Shown here: positions 1 through 9,513 of the stretch, one piece after another
How positions within the stretch are numbered: the stretch's first letter is position 1
Layout: every line of letters starts with the position of its first letter
Assembly: GCA_964291405.2 (NCBI GenBank)
Contig: OZ219926.1
Location: 1,440,001-1,504,000 of the forward strand
Reading direction: 5' to 3'
Origin: Thermodesulfobacteriota bacterium
GTDB lineage: Bacteria > Desulfobacterota > Binatia > Bin18
DNA length: 64,000 nt
The notes under the pieces: generated by a model
What the model was told of the DNA's origin: nothing
What the model saw: the letters and a program-made list of their open reading frames with translations, nothing else
Databases searched by the model: none
Position numbers and translations under genes: made by a program

Positions 1-94
1 ACGTACCGCCGCGAGCATAGGACTGCATTTCGTCGACATGTAGGGTTTCAACCGTAGGAGAAACGGGGTAGCGCGAATCTGCGTAAAGCGGCAT
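1..94 (-). CDS. 5' part of a gene running off the window; resembles alkylhydroperoxidase-related (AhpD-like) proteins
   Basis: ATG at 94 with AGGAGG about 10 nt upstream; reads MPLYADSRYPVSPTVETLHVDEMQSYARGGT.. with no stop to the edge. Family call from the N-terminal pattern only. Confidence 0.45.
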   Translation of the reverse strand, partial: MPLYADSRYPVSPTVETLHVDEMQSYARGGT

Positions 95-195
95 TGGAAT
101 GAACCCTCCTCTCTCGAAATTGTACTTCGCTTATCAGTCATTTCAATAAACGAGGAAATGCCGTCGTGCAAATGCGCTCGTGTTGGGTTTACCTC

Positions 196-223
196 TTGAC
201 AAGCCGCTCTACGGGTCGACAAT
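196..223 (+). promoter_or_regulatory. putative sigma70 promoter for the GST gene
   Basis: TTGACA-16 nt-GACAAT, bracketed by inverted repeat CCTCTTGA (192-199) / TCAAGAGG (229-236). Confidence 0.4.
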
Positions 224-274
224 GCCTCTCAAGAGGGCGAACCCCGACAACAACAGAGGACGGAGGAGCTTACC

Positions 275-1072
275 ATGAGCACAATCTTGCGTTACCTTCA
301 CCACCCCGCATCACAGCCGTGCCGCGCAGCGCATCAGTTCATGCTGGAGAACGACATTCCCTTTGAACTCGAGTTGGTCGATATCACCACCGATATCAAC
401 GAGCGGCCGGAGTTCCGGGACAAGTACAACCCGACGGGGCAGGTGCCGATTCTCGTGGATGGTGACTTTGTAATCTGGGAGAGTGCGGCCATTGCCTTCT
501 ACTTGAACGAGAAGTTTGAATGTCCCGCCCACTGGTTCGGGCGCGACACCCGGCAAAGAGGGCTTATTCAGCAGTTTCTGCAATGGTACGCCTACACGCT
601 CCGCCTCGGCGGAGGCGCGTTCCACTGGACGATCTTCGCCCCAATGATCTACGGCTATGATAAGGACTTTTCCGCGGAGATAAAGAAAGGGCGCTATATT
701 CTGTATGAGTCCCTTGACCTCCTAGAGACCTATTGGCTCAAAGACCGTGCTTATGTGTGCGGCGACGAGATCAGCTATGCGGACCTAGCCGCCTACCAGG
801 ACCTCGTTTCCCATGATGCCGGGAAGATCATTCCGGACGGGGTGTGGCAGGAGCACCCTAAGGTCAGGGCATGGTTCGAGACAGTGGCCGCACGTCCGCA
901 CGCAAAGACGGTAAGTGCGTGGCAATATGAGAACGTTGGAAAAATACTGAACGACGGTGTGAAATTTGAGTTTAGGCGGAAAACCGCGGTCTTAAAGGGA
1001 ACAGAGGTCCACAGCGGCCACAACCACGGCATTCTTTACGCCGGCCAGGACGATAGCTACTTAAAGGAGTAG
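275..1072 (+). CDS. glutathione S-transferase (theta-like)
   Basis: SQPCRA N-terminal motif, NPTGQVPIL..ESAAI, ISYADL; GGAGGAG RBS. Confidence 0.9.
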   Translation: MSTILRYLHHPASQPCRAAHQFMLENDIPFELELVDITTDINERPEFRDKYNPTGQVPILVDGDFVIWESAAIAFYLNEKFECPAHWFGRDTRQRGLIQQFLQWYAYTLRLGGGAFHWTIFAPMIYGYDKDFSAEIKKGRYILYESLDLLETYWLKDRAYVCGDEISYADLAAYQDLVSHDAGKIIPDGVWQEHPKVRAWFETVAARPHAKTVSAWQYENVGKILNDGVKFEFRRKTAVLKGTEVHSGHNHGILYAGQDDSYLKE

Positions 1073-1200
1073 GAGGCCACCGGAGGCACCACCTAGGAGT
1101 CCTGTGGTTGAGAGAGCGATAGAAAAATGTCTTGATGGTTATCGTAGCGACTTATGCCTCACTGAAACGGTGACATTGTTGCCATAACCCGGAGGATATA

Positions 1201-1866
1201 ATGGCGACAATCGATCTCTATGAAGCGATGCGGACCTTACGGGCCGTACGGCGGCTACGCCCGGACCCTATTCCAGAAGACGTGCTCTACCGGGTCCTAG
1301 AAGCCGCAACCTGGGCACCGACTGGCGGCAACCGCCAAGCTTGGCGGATCATTGTGGTCAAAGACCCTGCTCGCAAACAACGTCTCGGCGAATTATATAA
1401 GCAGGTCACACTTCCCTATCTCAAATCGTATATGGAGCGGTTGGACGGTGCCTCTGAGGAGGAACGGAGAAAAGCCGAGCGGACAATCCGCGCCAGTAAC
1501 TATCTGGTGGAACATTTTGGCGAGACGCCGGTGCTGCTGGTCGTGTGTTTTAACCCGGAAGGGCTTGCCGTCACCGATGCGAAGCTTGACAGACAGTCCG
1601 TTGTTGGCGGCGGCTCGATCTACCCGGCGGTAGAAAACCTCCTGCTTGCCTGCCGGGCCGAGGGTCTGGGGTGTGTGCTTACGACGCTGCTGTGTATGGA
1701 AGAACCGGCAGTTCGCGAACTCTTGGGGATTCCCGATCCCTGGGGAACGGCGGCTGTCGTGCCGATTGGCTATCCCGTCTTGCGAGGGCATGGGCCGATC
1801 TCGCGGCGGTCGGTAGAAGAATTGGCGTTTGCGGATGCCTGGGGAACCCCGTTTTTCCGGGAGTAG
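1201..1866 (+). CDS. nitroreductase family protein
   Basis: RAVRRLRPDPIP..AATWAPTGGNRQAW; NLLLACRAEGLG; VPIGYP. Confidence 0.9.
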   Translation: MATIDLYEAMRTLRAVRRLRPDPIPEDVLYRVLEAATWAPTGGNRQAWRIIVVKDPARKQRLGELYKQVTLPYLKSYMERLDGASEEERRKAERTIRASNYLVEHFGETPVLLVVCFNPEGLAVTDAKLDRQSVVGGGSIYPAVENLLLACRAEGLGCVLTTLLCMEEPAVRELLGIPDPWGTAAVVPIGYPVLRGHGPISRRSVEELAFADAWGTPFFRE

Positions 1867-1883
1867 CTCTCGCCCGCTCATGA

Positions 1884-2038
1884 CTCAGGAATAGAATGGC
1901 GTCTACGCGCTCAACGAGAGTGTGCCGCTCAATATGCTCTCAAAATGGATGGGACACTCTTCACGAGAAGTAACAGCGGTCTCTGCAAACGCATTGGGAG
2001 AAGAACGATGCTCTATTGCCGCCCTGATGTGGACGTAA
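1884..2038 (+). pseudogene. degenerate C-terminal remnant of a tyrosine recombinase/integrase
   Basis: 1898-2038 reads GVYALNESVPLNMLSKWMGHSSREVTAVSANALGEERCSIAALMWT*, matching the box II pattern (LRH..G....G.PL..LSKWMGH.....T..Y). Catalytic Tyr position reads Ser and the LRH box is eroded. Confidence 0.75.
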
Positions 2039-2045
2039 AGGCAAG

Positions 2046-2384
2046 TCACATGGATCTACCGAGTACGTCACGCTGCGGAGTGACCTGAAAGCGGACGCCC
2101 TCGTGTTTCTGTAATGCCGCTACAAGCTCAAAGAGGTTGCTGGCGGCTGGATTGCCCTTGGGGCCAAGCATACGCATTAAGCTCGTATCTTTCTTGCCCG
2201 TCACACGGGCGAGTTTCTGGAAGCCCATCGTCGCATTGATGTAGTCCCGCAGAAGAATCTTCCCCGTCGCAAGATCCCCCCTGAGAAAACACTCAATGGC
2301 TTCCGTCAACAATCCTTCGCGGAACTCCGGATCACGCTGCGCACGAGCCATGACCGTGTCTTTAAAATTACGAGTGAGTGCCAT
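2046..2384 (-). CDS. type II TA antitoxin (addiction module antidote, HTH)
   Basis: MALTRNFKDTVMARAQRDPEFR..LRDYINATMGFQKLA..SLMRMLGPKGNP; starts right after the toxin stop. Confidence 0.85.
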   Translation of the reverse strand: MALTRNFKDTVMARAQRDPEFREGLLTEAIECFLRGDLATGKILLRDYINATMGFQKLARVTGKKDTSLMRMLGPKGNPAASNLFELVAALQKHEGVRFQVTPQRDVLGRSM

Positions 2385-2385
2385 C

Positions 2386-2715
2386 TTATAAACCCTTTCT
2401 CTGACTCGCTTTATAAGCAGCCCAGAGCTTCTGAGCCGCAGCAATGTCTTGTCGTTGTCGTTTCTTCGTCCCTCCCCCTAGCAGGAGGATTACCTGCGTC
2501 CCTACCCTGCCGAAATAGACTCGGTAGCCTGGCCCGAAATCAATCCGGCATTCCGAAATGCCTCTACCAATACTTTTAGTATTGGAGAGGTTCCCTGCTT
2601 CCATTCGGGCAATAGCGGTCCGCACTTTCAGAGCAGCAGGAGCATGCAAACGATCGAACCAGCGCGTAAAAGGACTGATGCCATCGTCGGTCTGGTATTC
2701 CTGAATCTCAATCAC
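2386..2715 (-). CDS. type II TA toxin, RelE/ParE superfamily (addiction module killer type)
   Basis: SPFTRWFDRL..GNLSNTKSIGRGISECRIDFGPGYRVYFG..LLLGGGTKKRQRQDI; toxin-first order. Confidence 0.9.
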   Translation of the reverse strand: MIEIQEYQTDDGISPFTRWFDRLHAPAALKVRTAIARMEAGNLSNTKSIGRGISECRIDFGPGYRVYFGRVGTQVILLLGGGTKKRQRQDIAAAQKLWAAYKASQRKGL

Positions 2716-2719
2716 TTAA

Positions 2720-2750
2720 CTAACATAAATGTTAGCATTAGATCGGTCAA
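2720..2750 (-). promoter_or_regulatory. sigma70 promoter and overlapping palindromic operator of the TA operon (probably leaderless)
   Basis: Minus strand TTGACC-17 nt-TATGTT-6 nt-GTG start; perfect palindrome CTAACAT-AA-ATGTTAG at 2720-2735 covers the -10. Confidence 0.65.
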
Positions 2751-3148
2751 GAAAAATATCTATGCCGTGTCAACGCTTCCGGGACGAGATGACGATGTGA
2801 CAGACATGACCCCCTGCCCTTCAAGCTGCTTCATCCGAGTAATGGGGATGTGACTCAAACTGATTTTTTTGCACAGCCTCGGGTGATGGAGACTCCGTAG
2901 GAAGAGCCGTTTTGATGAAAACAGTACTCCACCTGACCAAAATCAGATACAGTGCCATATGCGTCGTGCTTGGGCCTTGGTGCATAGAAAGATGGCGAGC
3001 CGGACGAGCTTTGGCTGACGTGACGTGCTCCGTTCTCGACGATCTGGCAGCTCAATAGTTTTATCGGTATAAGCGAACACGAGTCGTCAGCCTCGAACCC
3101 GCATCAAGGCCGACAGTAACCGAATTGTTTATCCTTCGGGGAGGAGTG

Positions 3149-4423
3149 ATGCCGAACCAGACCAATTTAGACCCCTTCGTGCCTGAGGTGTTGGAAAATC
3201 CCTACGAGGTCTTCGCCGAACTGCGACGGCGGGGTGCCTATCAACTGCCCGACACCACTATGTTCATCATGACCCGCTTCCGCGATGTCGAGTATGTCCT
3301 GATGCATCCGGAGCTGTTCTCGGTTCACGGTCTCACGGAGGGGCTCACCCGCGATACCCCGGAGATTCGGGAGATCGAGGCCCAGGGCTGGCCGGACGTC
3401 AACGTCCTCAGCAAGGCCGACCCGCCCGAGCACACCGGCTATCGGAGTGTGGTCAACCGGCCCTTCTCGGCCCAGAGCGTGAAAACGCTTGAACCTCGCT
3501 TACAGGAGATCGCCAACCGCTTGATTGATGCCTGCCTGGAGAGCACCGAGATCGAGTTTGTCAGCCAGTTTGCCCAGCCCTTTCCGCTCTACGTTTTTGC
3601 CGAGTTGATGGGCTTGCCGGAGGAAGATATTCCCAGGGTGAAGCGGTGGTGTGACGCTCGGATCGAGCGCATGGGCGGGACCATGATCAGCCACGAGCGG
3701 GAGCTGGCCTGCGTACGTTTGGCGGTGGAGTTTCAGCACTATCTGTTTCATCAGATCGAAGCGCGCCGGGCAGCGCCCCGCGACGACCTGATCTCTCATA
3801 TGGTAACGGCCTCGGTGGAAAGATTCGGGGGTCGCTCGCTGACGACCGAAGAGTTGATCAGCATGATCGACATTATCCTGCTGGGGGGTAACGACACCAC
3901 GATCAATCTGCTGAGTAGCGGCCTGGCGCTGCTGCTCCAGCACCCGGAGCAACTGGCGCTGGTGACGGCAAACCCTTCCCTGATTCCCAACTTCGTTGAA
4001 GAAGCGATGCGGATTGAATCCCCGGTCCAGTGCCTGTTCCGGACGGTTAAAGAGGACACCCGAATGGACGGCGTCCGGCTGCCCAAAGGGTCCCGGGTGG
4101 CGGTCATGTATGGCGCGGCTAACCGGGACGCTGAGCAGTTCCCGGACCCGGACCGGTTTGACGTGCGGCGGCCGAACGCCAGAATGAGCGTGGCCTTTGG
4201 CGCGGGGGTGCATTTCTGTCTCGGCGCTTCGTTGGCGCGTCTGGAAGGGAAAGTCGCCTTTGAGGCTCTCCTGAACCGGCTGGGCACCCTACGTCTGGCC
4301 GAGGGCAAGAACGATTTCCGCTACGCCATTAACCCCGTGATCCGTGGTCTCAAAGAGCTGCATATCGAGTGCAACCCGCCTGCCGGTACGCTGGGCACTG
4401 AGCGGCCGAACCCTCGATTATGA
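3149..4423 (+). CDS. cytochrome P450
   Basis: DPPEH, GGNDTT (I helix), EEAMR, FGAGVHFCLG heme motif; GGAGGAG before ATG 3149. Confidence 0.95.
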   Translation: MPNQTNLDPFVPEVLENPYEVFAELRRRGAYQLPDTTMFIMTRFRDVEYVLMHPELFSVHGLTEGLTRDTPEIREIEAQGWPDVNVLSKADPPEHTGYRSVVNRPFSAQSVKTLEPRLQEIANRLIDACLESTEIEFVSQFAQPFPLYVFAELMGLPEEDIPRVKRWCDARIERMGGTMISHERELACVRLAVEFQHYLFHQIEARRAAPRDDLISHMVTASVERFGGRSLTTEELISMIDIILLGGNDTTINLLSSGLALLLQHPEQLALVTANPSLIPNFVEEAMRIESPVQCLFRTVKEDTRMDGVRLPKGSRVAVMYGAANRDAEQFPDPDRFDVRRPNARMSVAFGAGVHFCLGASLARLEGKVAFEALLNRLGTLRLAEGKNDFRYAINPVIRGLKELHIECNPPAGTLGTERPNPRL

Positions 4424-4494
4424 CAATCGAGTGAGAACAACTCCCGGAAGAGCTATCGAGGCCCCGTATTTCCGCTTGTTCTCTTGGCTGGAAT

Positions 4495-6003
4495 GTGCCA
4501 AGAACGGGGCGTATGGTCGAACATTTTCCAGAAGAGCCAACGCTTGGGCTTTTCTTGAATGCTCTTGATGTGGGGGTGCTCATCATTGACCAGACTGGGA
4601 CGGTGGTCTGGGCAAATGACAAGCTCTACCAGCTCGCAGACCTCACACCAGATCAGTTGGTCGGTCTCAAGACCAAAGAAATGGCAAAGCTGCCAGCCAT
4701 TCAAGCAAGTGTAAACCCGCAGTGGGTTCAGGACTCGTTCTGGGAGGCTGCCCGCGAGAGCGGATGCCTCGCAGATAGCACCCAACCACGCTATGGCTAC
4801 GCGCAGATGAAAAATGGAGTCCAACTCCTGTCCGCAGAGCACTATATCCGGAATGAAACGGAAGGGCTGCGCTACATCGTCCTTACCGTCCAGGCCTCAA
4901 CTGACCTGCTCACTGCCAGAGAAAAAATTGGTGAACTCGAACAGCGTACCGCTCTCTATCAAGAACAGCTGAGTGCCCTCCACACTCGCGTGTTAGGTCA
5001 GGATATTGTCTACCAGAGCGAGAGCCTGAGCCGGGTCTTTGAACGGGCGCTCCGACTGGCTCGTCTGGAGGGGAATATCTTCTTGACAGGCGAGACTGGT
5101 GTCGGCAAAAGCCTTTTAGCCCAGTACATCCATGCCATGAGCCCGCGCTCCAGCGCTCCCTTTATTCACGTCAATTGCGCCAGCCTGCCAGCCTCACTGA
5201 TTGAAGCCGAATTGTTTGGCTATACCGAAGGGGCCTTCACCGGGGCAAAACGAAAAGGCCGTCGTGGGGTCATTGAGATGGGTCAAGGCGGGACTGTTTT
5301 TTTGGATGAGATTGGCGACATGCCGGCCGAGATGCAGGCCAAGCTACTGACCGTTTTAGAGGACAAAGAGATACGTCGGCTTGGAGCAGAACAGACAGTA
5401 AAAATAGACGTTCGCTTCCTAGCCGCAACAAACAGACAGCCCGAGACATTGCTCCAAGAGCAGACCTTGCGCAACGACTTATATTACCGCTTAGCTATGA
5501 ACCGGATTGATTTGCCGCCACTACGTGAACACCCGGAGGATATTCCTGCCTTGATAAGCGCGACCATGGCCGAGTTCAACAAACAGAACACGACAGCCCT
5601 CACCCTGCATCCTGAGCTTGTAGAGCACGTCCAAACGCTCCCCTTCCCCGGCAACATCCGTGAACTCAAGAACGTCGTGTGGCAGATCGCATCAGAGAGC
5701 GGCCAGACCACTGGTGAGATCAGGCTCCAGATGCTTCCTCCAGAACTTATTCCAACCCTTCAAAATCCCCTGTCTGTCTCCTCGCAAGCAACGTCTCCCT
5801 TAGCTAGTACAGAGCCCGAGACTGAAGAGGCGCAATACTGGCGGAGATTTTGCGAGGAGCACCAAGGCGATGTGTATGCCATGGCAGATGCGCTCGGCGT
5901 TCACCGCACCACGATTATCCGCAAGTTAAAGAAATACGGTCTAACCTACGCTCGCAAGCCTCGGGCACAGCGTGTTATGCCGAAAGCGGCTGGTCCATCG
6001 TAA
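4495..6003 (+). CDS. sigma54-dependent enhancer-binding activator (PAS + AAA+ + Fis-type HTH)
   Basis: GETGVGKS, ELFG..GAFTGA, FLDEIG, DLYYRL, FPGNIREL, C-terminal MADALGVHRTTIIRKLKKYG. Confidence 0.95.
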   Translation: MPRTGRMVEHFPEEPTLGLFLNALDVGVLIIDQTGTVVWANDKLYQLADLTPDQLVGLKTKEMAKLPAIQASVNPQWVQDSFWEAARESGCLADSTQPRYGYAQMKNGVQLLSAEHYIRNETEGLRYIVLTVQASTDLLTAREKIGELEQRTALYQEQLSALHTRVLGQDIVYQSESLSRVFERALRLARLEGNIFLTGETGVGKSLLAQYIHAMSPRSSAPFIHVNCASLPASLIEAELFGYTEGAFTGAKRKGRRGVIEMGQGGTVFLDEIGDMPAEMQAKLLTVLEDKEIRRLGAEQTVKIDVRFLAATNRQPETLLQEQTLRNDLYYRLAMNRIDLPPLREHPEDIPALISATMAEFNKQNTTALTLHPELVEHVQTLPFPGNIRELKNVVWQIASESGQTTGEIRLQMLPPELIPTLQNPLSVSSQATSPLASTEPETEEAQYWRRFCEEHQGDVYAMADALGVHRTTIIRKLKKYGLTYARKPRAQRVMPKAAGPS

Positions 6004-6295
6004 GATCTACTCCATTGATTGTTGTATCTCTTTTTTCCTCGCCAAGATTACTGCGCTAATACACTCTCACGAACGTTCGCCTGAAATGAGTATTAACAAA
6101 GAGTGCTTGCAGGCCCGTATTTTCTGGGGTTTTTGGGGTGTTAAAAGTAGTGTTGAAAAAGTCTAATGATTCCAAAGCGCAGGTTTGACGAATAACGTCT
6201 TATCAGCCGTAAATTCCGCGCCTCTTAGCGTGTGTCAGAACAGTAATCTGCTTAGTACCCTTGGTAGCCTGACTCACGCAGAGCACGAAGGGGTG

Positions 6296-6414
6296 CTAGC
6301 GCACGGTCTCCATCGGCTTGGCGAGGTGATCGACATGCACCGCCGCGACATCTTCGCGTCGGCCTGCTCCTCCGTGTAGTGCTGCGCGCGCTCGAAGTTC
6401 TGCGCATTCGAGGT
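6296..6414 (-). pseudogene. possible orphan, frameshifted 3' fragment of an unidentified gene
   Basis: High-GC3 codons reading NAQNFERAQHYTEEQADA / EDVAAVHVDHLAKPMETVR* begin directly at the MOSC stop. Confidence 0.3.
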
Positions 6415-7209
6415 TCAGCCCATAAGGGCTTCGACCGTATCGCCTACCCGGACAATGCCGGGTTCAATAACTTGGGCATACACTGCAAGACCGGGAGCGG
6501 CATAGCCTGGCAATAGGCCATCGGGATGGATTACTTTCTCCCGATACCGCGTCAGAGTCCGCAGGACATTGAGATCGCGTGCACCTTCCCCGGGATTAAA
6601 CCCCGGGATGACGCAGCGGGGGACGGGCGTACGCACTTTCAGGAGAGCCTTTCCGACACGAAGAGTCCGATCACGCCACCCGTCTTCTTCGTGCTCGACT
6701 TCATTATTTAATACGAAGCTGGCTCTAAATCGTCTCGGGTCAACCGTGCCGCCGATTTCACGTTCTAATCGCCGAATGGAAGCGGTGGTGACTAAGGTTA
6801 TGGGAAGAATGTCGATTCCGCTACCCGTCGCGACACAGCGCACCAGACGGATTGGCCTTGCAGCAAACGACGATAAAATATCTTCCCACGGACCGTCTAC
6901 CGGGGTCACGAGAATATTGCGCATACCATAATAGTCAAAGGCAAACGAGGTGCCATTGCCTGCGGCGGGGCCCTCAACTATCCGACCATCAGGAAGAGAG
7001 AGCTTGAGCGCGTCCGAGCCGAAATCATAATCGAACATGAGGGGGAAAAACGTACCGTGATTGTTTGACGATATCGGCGCGCCGCTGCTCTCCAGCAGAA
7101 AAAAGTCCCGGTCGCCGCGTATGCCCGAGGCAAGCACTTCCACCGTCTCCGGATTCGTAAACCGTGTGGCTTTGACAAAGGTTCGCCCAATTTGGTGCAC
7201 AGTAATCAT
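6415..7209 (-). CDS. MOSC domain protein
   Basis: GIRGDRDF, VDPRRFRASFV, HEEDGW..LRVG, PRCVIP conserved Cys, PGIVRVGD. Confidence 0.85.
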   Translation of the reverse strand: MITVHQIGRTFVKATRFTNPETVEVLASGIRGDRDFFLLESSGAPISSNNHGTFFPLMFDYDFGSDALKLSLPDGRIVEGPAAGNGTSFAFDYYGMRNILVTPVDGPWEDILSSFAARPIRLVRCVATGSGIDILPITLVTTASIRRLEREIGGTVDPRRFRASFVLNNEVEHEEDGWRDRTLRVGKALLKVRTPVPRCVIPGFNPGEGARDLNVLRTLTRYREKVIHPDGLLPGYAAPGLAVYAQVIEPGIVRVGDTVEALMG

Positions 7210-7729
7210 ACTTCCCTCCTAGACAAAGCAAAGCGAATCAACCCGCTCGGCAAATCCGCTTATCTCCATATTGCGTTTCTTCCCAGTCCCACGCTCCAGA
7301 CCTCCCAAATCTTCCTGGCCCCCTCCCCTTAATCCATGCTATCTGACAATGCAAGATAACGCCTTTTATCTTGACCGAAACCGTCCCTCCCTCTCCCTGC
7401 AAACATAGCCGGAATCTTTTCTCACTCTACTTGGGCAGCGGCAACGATAAGAGGGAAAGTGGGCCATTTCGCACTCCCGCCGCTCCAGCGTGTTTCCCGG
7501 TGCGTCAGGGGCAGGACCGGAACGCGAACGAAGTACGCAAGATCGCAGGAGTTTTGGCGTAGGGGCCGAGAGATGACGCGGGACGGGCGCCGGGGGAAGG
7601 CGTGCGTCAGAGGGTATTCACACTAAGTGATATTCAGTGAGGTAACGACAGAATTATCCTTGACTTTGTCCTCCCACTGGCCCAGTTTCTCCATAATAGT
7701 TGCCGAGGACCATGTACGACCGGACTTCC

Positions 7730-8030
7730 TTAAACCATCGGTTGTCCCTCTAACTCCTGTCCGAGAAGCGGCTTACCATACGTCTCCAGCTTACCGTCTA
7801 GGTCAAAGAGATAGTGACAGGAGAGAGTATCGACATCCCGTTTCGCCCGTTGCAGCGGATTCTCTTGAAAATGCGCATGCGCGCCGCTGGCTTCGACCAC
7901 ATCGTTAATCATCTTTTTGCAACGATGAACCGCCAAGGCCAGGTGCATCGCCCAGCGAGCACGATCTTCGAGCGTTGCACTATTGCGTTTTGTACCTGCG
8001 TCACCAACAACCAATCTGAGACGCCGCTCT
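7730..8030 (-). pseudogene. orphan C-terminal fragment of an HsaA-like flavin-dependent monooxygenase (acyl-CoA dehydrogenase fold)
   Basis: ..EDRARWAMHLALAVHRCKKMINDVVEASGAHAHFQENPLQRAKRDVDTLSCHYLFD..YGKPLLG; about 95 aa with no 5' part or RBS. Confidence 0.7.
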
Positions 8031-8081
8031 CCTGGTCAGCCAGACTGGCCAGAGCAGCCTACGGAACGACTCTGGCGGTCA

Positions 8082-8843
8082 TCACTGCGCGACCATTCCT
8101 CCGTCAACCGACATGGGGATGCCAGTCACAAACGACGCCGCATCGGAACACAGCCACGCGACGGCTTCCCCGATTTCCGACGACTGACCAAAACGGCCAA
8201 CAGGTTCCATGGCGACGGCGAGTTCATCAAAACCGGGGATGGCTTGCGCGCTGCGCGCGATCATGGGCGTGTCAATCGCACCGGGACACACGGCATTGAC
8301 CCGAATGCCGGCCTTGGCGTATTCCAGCGCAGCCGTTTTCGTCAGACCAACAACCGCGTGTTTGCTGGCCACATAATCAGGCGCCGAGGGGATGCCAATC
8401 AGGCCCGCCGCTGAGGCAGTATTGACGATCGAACCACCGCCGTGGCTGAGCATGTGTTGAATTTCATATTTCATGCACAGCCACACGCCGGTCACGTTCA
8501 CCGCGATCGTGCGATCAAATTCTTCCTCGGTGCAATCAGTGGTGAACTTTGCTGCGCCTTCGATGCCTGCGTTGTTAAACGCGCAGTCGAGCTGCCCATA
8601 CGTTTCGACCGTCTTATGGACGAGTGCTTCAACCTCGACAGCTTTTGAGACATCGGTTTTGACAAAGGTCGCCTCTCCGCCGCCGGCTTGAATTTGCCGA
8701 ACGGTCTCTTCACCGCCTTCGACAGTGATGTCCGCAACTACAACTTTAGCGCCTTCGCGAGCAAAAATGAGTGCCGTTGCCTGGCCAATACCTGAGCCGC
8801 CACCGGTCACCAGGGCCACTTTGCCGTCTAATCGTCCTGCCAT
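8082..8843 (-). CDS. short-chain dehydrogenase/reductase
   Basis: TGGGSGIG, NNAGI, YVASK, NAVCPG; AAGGAAG RBS before MAGRLDGK. Confidence 0.95.
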   Translation of the reverse strand: MAGRLDGKVALVTGGGSGIGQATALIFAREGAKVVVADITVEGGEETVRQIQAGGGEATFVKTDVSKAVEVEALVHKTVETYGQLDCAFNNAGIEGAAKFTTDCTEEEFDRTIAVNVTGVWLCMKYEIQHMLSHGGGSIVNTASAAGLIGIPSAPDYVASKHAVVGLTKTAALEYAKAGIRVNAVCPGAIDTPMIARSAQAIPGFDELAVAMEPVGRFGQSSEIGEAVAWLCSDAASFVTGIPMSVDGGMVAQ

Positions 8844-9104
8844 ACTGTCTTCCTTTCCTTTCCTTTCCGTAGACAAGTTCATACCAGGAATGAACCTGTT
8901 TCTACAGTATGTGCGAAAGCCAGGCAGGGAGAAGTATTGTAGAGGCAGGTAACACTATTGGTGATCCTGTTCCAATCCGTGCAACACTATCCGTAGAAGT
9001 GTTGCATGAAACCTGACGGCCACTCCTGAATTTTCAGCACTTTTCCGGGGAGTAAGCCCTTAATTCCGAAAATCTTTCTTTCCGACGTATTTTAGATAAT
9101 GGTA

Positions 9105-9130
9105 CTGCACACCGTGCGCACAGTGTGCAG
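9105..9130. promoter_or_regulatory. putative upstream activator sequence (enhancer) for the sigma54 promoter
   Basis: 26-bp near-perfect palindrome CTGCACACCGTGCGCACAGTGTGCAG, about 120-140 bp upstream of the -24 element; more TGCA half-sites to 9152. Confidence 0.6.
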
Positions 9131-9193
9131 CGTGCAGGTATTTGCCGTGCACACTTCTATAGTCTCGCTCCGCTCATTTCCTCCTCCCCCATC

Positions 9194-9206
9194 TAAACAC
9201 CTGATT
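9194..9206 (-). promoter_or_regulatory. putative IHF site
   Basis: Minus strand AATCAG-GTGT-TTA fits WATCAR-N4-TTR and lies between the palindrome and the sigma54 promoter. Confidence 0.5.
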
Positions 9207-9245
9207 CCCCTAGAATTATTTCCTCGCTAATGCTCGCCGGATCGT

Positions 9246-9261
9246 TGGCACCGACATTGCT
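9246..9261 (+). promoter_or_regulatory. sigma54 (-24/-12) promoter
   Basis: TGGCAC-CGACA-TTGCT, exact GG-N10-GC spacing, 36 nt before ATG 9298. Confidence 0.85.
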
Positions 9262-9297
9262 CTGTTCCATGAGTATCAACCGGATAGGAGAGGAGCG

Positions 9298-9513
9298 ATG
9301 GCGCCAAAAGCCAATCACACGGACACCGCACGTTTTCGTCCTCGTACCAAAGTGTCTCTACAGAAAACCCTGCGTGCGCTTGGCGGGCGTGAGATCGGCG
9401 AGGATGAGTCTTTGCGCGAGGGTGAACATTACGGACTCAGCATTGAGGGGCGGCGGTTTGTGTTTCGTGACCCTACTGCGTTCAACCGTTTTAAGGAGGA
9501 GTTACGCGTATGA
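9298..9513 (+). CDS. small hypothetical protein (71 aa), Cys-less YHS-like C-terminus
   Basis: GGAGAGGAG RBS; ATGA overlap with the next gene; EGRRFVFRDPTAFNRF resembles the YHS pattern EG..YYFCS..C...F. Confidence 0.7.
   Translation: MAPKANHTDTARFRPRTKVSLQKTLRALGGREIGEDESLREGEHYGLSIEGRRFVFRDPTAFNRFKEELRV

Noticed and set aside
6146-6164. TGTTGAAAAAGTC, reminiscent of some IS terminal repeats
   Set aside because: No partner inverted repeat or transposase remnant found; too short to support.
7210-7720. About 500-bp non-coding stretch with pyrimidine-rich then purine-rich halves
   Set aside because: Only short scattered complementarity; no recognisable ncRNA, riboswitch or element end. An Rfam search would be needed.
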